From a virus (Duplodnaviria; Caudoviricetes), in the IMG/VR virus record IMGVR_UViG_3300027138_000030, positions 1 to 25,538 of that record: 25,538 nt of DNA; one strand, given 5' to 3'. Each line of letters begins with the position of its first letter. Positions within the stretch are counted from its first letter, which is position 1. The notes beneath the pieces were generated by a model. The model made no database searches. It saw only the letters and a program-made list of their open reading frames with translations, and was not told the origin of the DNA. Made by a program: the position numbers and the translations under genes. Shown here piece after piece: positions 24,444 through 25,538 of this stretch.

Positions 24444-25199
24444 TTATCTAACCCGTCCGTCTTGATACGCTTGCATGATTTCTCCGCTCAACGCTTCATA
24501 ACGGTCTGGGTCAGTCATCTTCAGCCGAATTAGATCAGCCCTTCGATAGACTCTTTTTCCAGACTCCCCACTTCCACCTACATCAACACCCGCTGCTTTA
24601 AGGCTAGACTTGCGCTGAGTTTCCCCTGCTTCTGTAGTCTGTCTTGTCTTAACGCCACGCAACTGTTTATAGGTACTCAACAATTCGTTTGCACTGTCGT
24701 AATCATATTCACCATCAGCTTTTGCATACAAACCAAGGCGAATAGGTGAAGATTTCACCCAATTCACAAAGTCTGCATCTTGAGCAATCTGACCGAAATC
24801 AGGATGTTCTTGCGCCAGCTTTTGTTGAATCTGCATCTTTTTGAAATCTTGACCAGCTTGTCTAGCGGCAAGTACATCGGGATGGTTGTCAACAGTCCTG
24901 CGAACTGCCTCTTGTGGATTCTCGAAAAAATCTACTTCAGGCTCTTTCTCAATAGGTTGCTGTTTTGAGGAGAGGTTTTGCTTTATAAGTTCATCTGCCA
25001 GCTTTCGCACTTCCCCAACTTCCTGCGCTTGCTTTCCAATCAGCTTTTCAGCTTCTTGGTGCATTTTGACCACTTCTTCTAGAGATTTCTGCCTGTATTT
25101 CTCAGGCATCTCAGTCAGTGGTGCTACTTCAGGTAGTTGCTTCTTTTGCTCGACTGCATCTAACTCACTTAGCGACTCATCATCATTGTCAATCAACAT
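24444..25199 (-). CDS. Capsid scaffolding protein
   Basis: Start re-called at MLIDNDD; acidic N-terminus, PEKY..KS, coiled coil, C-terminal EIMQAYQDGRVR. Confidence 0.8.
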   Translation of the reverse strand: MLIDNDDESLSELDAVEQKKQLPEVAPLTEMPEKYRQKSLEEVVKMHQEAEKLIGKQAQEVGEVRKLADELIKQNLSSKQQPIEKEPEVDFFENPQEAVRRTVDNHPDVLAARQAGQDFKKMQIQQKLAQEHPDFGQIAQDADFVNWVKSSPIRLGLYAKADGEYDYDSANELLSTYKQLRGVKTRQTTEAGETQRKSSLKAAGVDVGGSGESGKRVYRRADLIRLKMTDPDRYEALSGEIMQAYQDGRVR

Positions 25200-25255
25200 A
25201 TTTTTACCTTTTCCTGCCGTTATCGGTTCTAGGACATTCAACTCGACATTTCTGT

Positions 25256-25483
25256 TTATGAGTTGTGCTTTTGCTCCCACTTCAACTGATCTAGGTGTTT
25301 TTTCTCGAACTTCCCATGCTCTGACGGGAAAGAACCAGACCACCCTTCAAGTTTGAAGTTTGGAGCAGACAGAGTACGGTTGGCTGTTTCTCCGCACTCA
25401 CATCGAAAACTCGTTAACTCATAATTAACAAGTCTTTCAGTTTTATGCCCGTTTGCACAGGCAAAATCAAACATTCTTTTCAT
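25256..25483 (-). CDS. FmdB-like zinc-ribbon protein
   Basis: FDFACANGH...CECG...RTLSAPNF pattern. Confidence 0.75.
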   Translation of the reverse strand: MKRMFDFACANGHKTERLVNYELTSFRCECGETANRTLSAPNFKLEGWSGSFPSEHGKFEKKHLDQLKWEQKHNS

Positions 25484-25538
25484 TCAATTCCTCATACGCT
25501 TGTTCGCTGACCTCTTTCAAGGTTTTTAGCCAAGTCAA
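25467..25538 (-). CDS. 3' end of a hypothetical head-region gene (truncated by the window)
   Basis: Open frame LTWLKTLKEVSEQAYEELNEKNV-stop overlapping the next start. Confidence 0.55.
   Translation of the reverse strand: MTWLKTLKEVSEQAYEELNEKNV

Noticed and set aside
24886-25356. 156-aa plus-strand ORF and similar antisense ORFs (e.g. 6874-7296, 21926-22366)
   Set aside because: Shadow frames of well-supported minus-strand genes, with no RBS or motifs.

Overview
This window is a large fragment of a tailed dsDNA phage with short-tailed (podovirus-like, P22-type) gene order. The Rz/Rz1 spanins indicate a Gram-negative host; a betaproteobacterial host is my inference from gene style. On the minus strand, right to left, it carries a Zn-ribbon protein, scaffold, major capsid, small head/neck proteins, adaptor and nozzle, short tail fibre, three ejection proteins and an expanded lysis cassette (M15 peptidase, nested spanins, an extra lipoprotein). 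A plus-strand block of small early genes (7857-10880) is transcribed divergently from a Cro-like HTH gene. That HTH gene heads a replication operon: RuvC-like resolvase, DUF2800/Cas4-like nuclease, amino-MTase, SSB-like protein, C5-MTase and primase-helicase. No integrase, DNA polymerase, terminase or portal is in the window. Most notable: (1) a cis-element cluster at the left end with a dif-like XerC/D site, an IHF consensus site and four perfect DnaA boxes; (2) a C5-MTase locus dual-coded over its whole length as two 272-aa ORFs offset by 4 nt; (3) an iteron-like origin after the primase; (4) GCAA-hairpin repeats delimiting early gene cassettes; (5) a probable AUU start codon; (6) a possible second spanin-like pair. 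Product calls come from motif recognition and synteny only; no database search was run.
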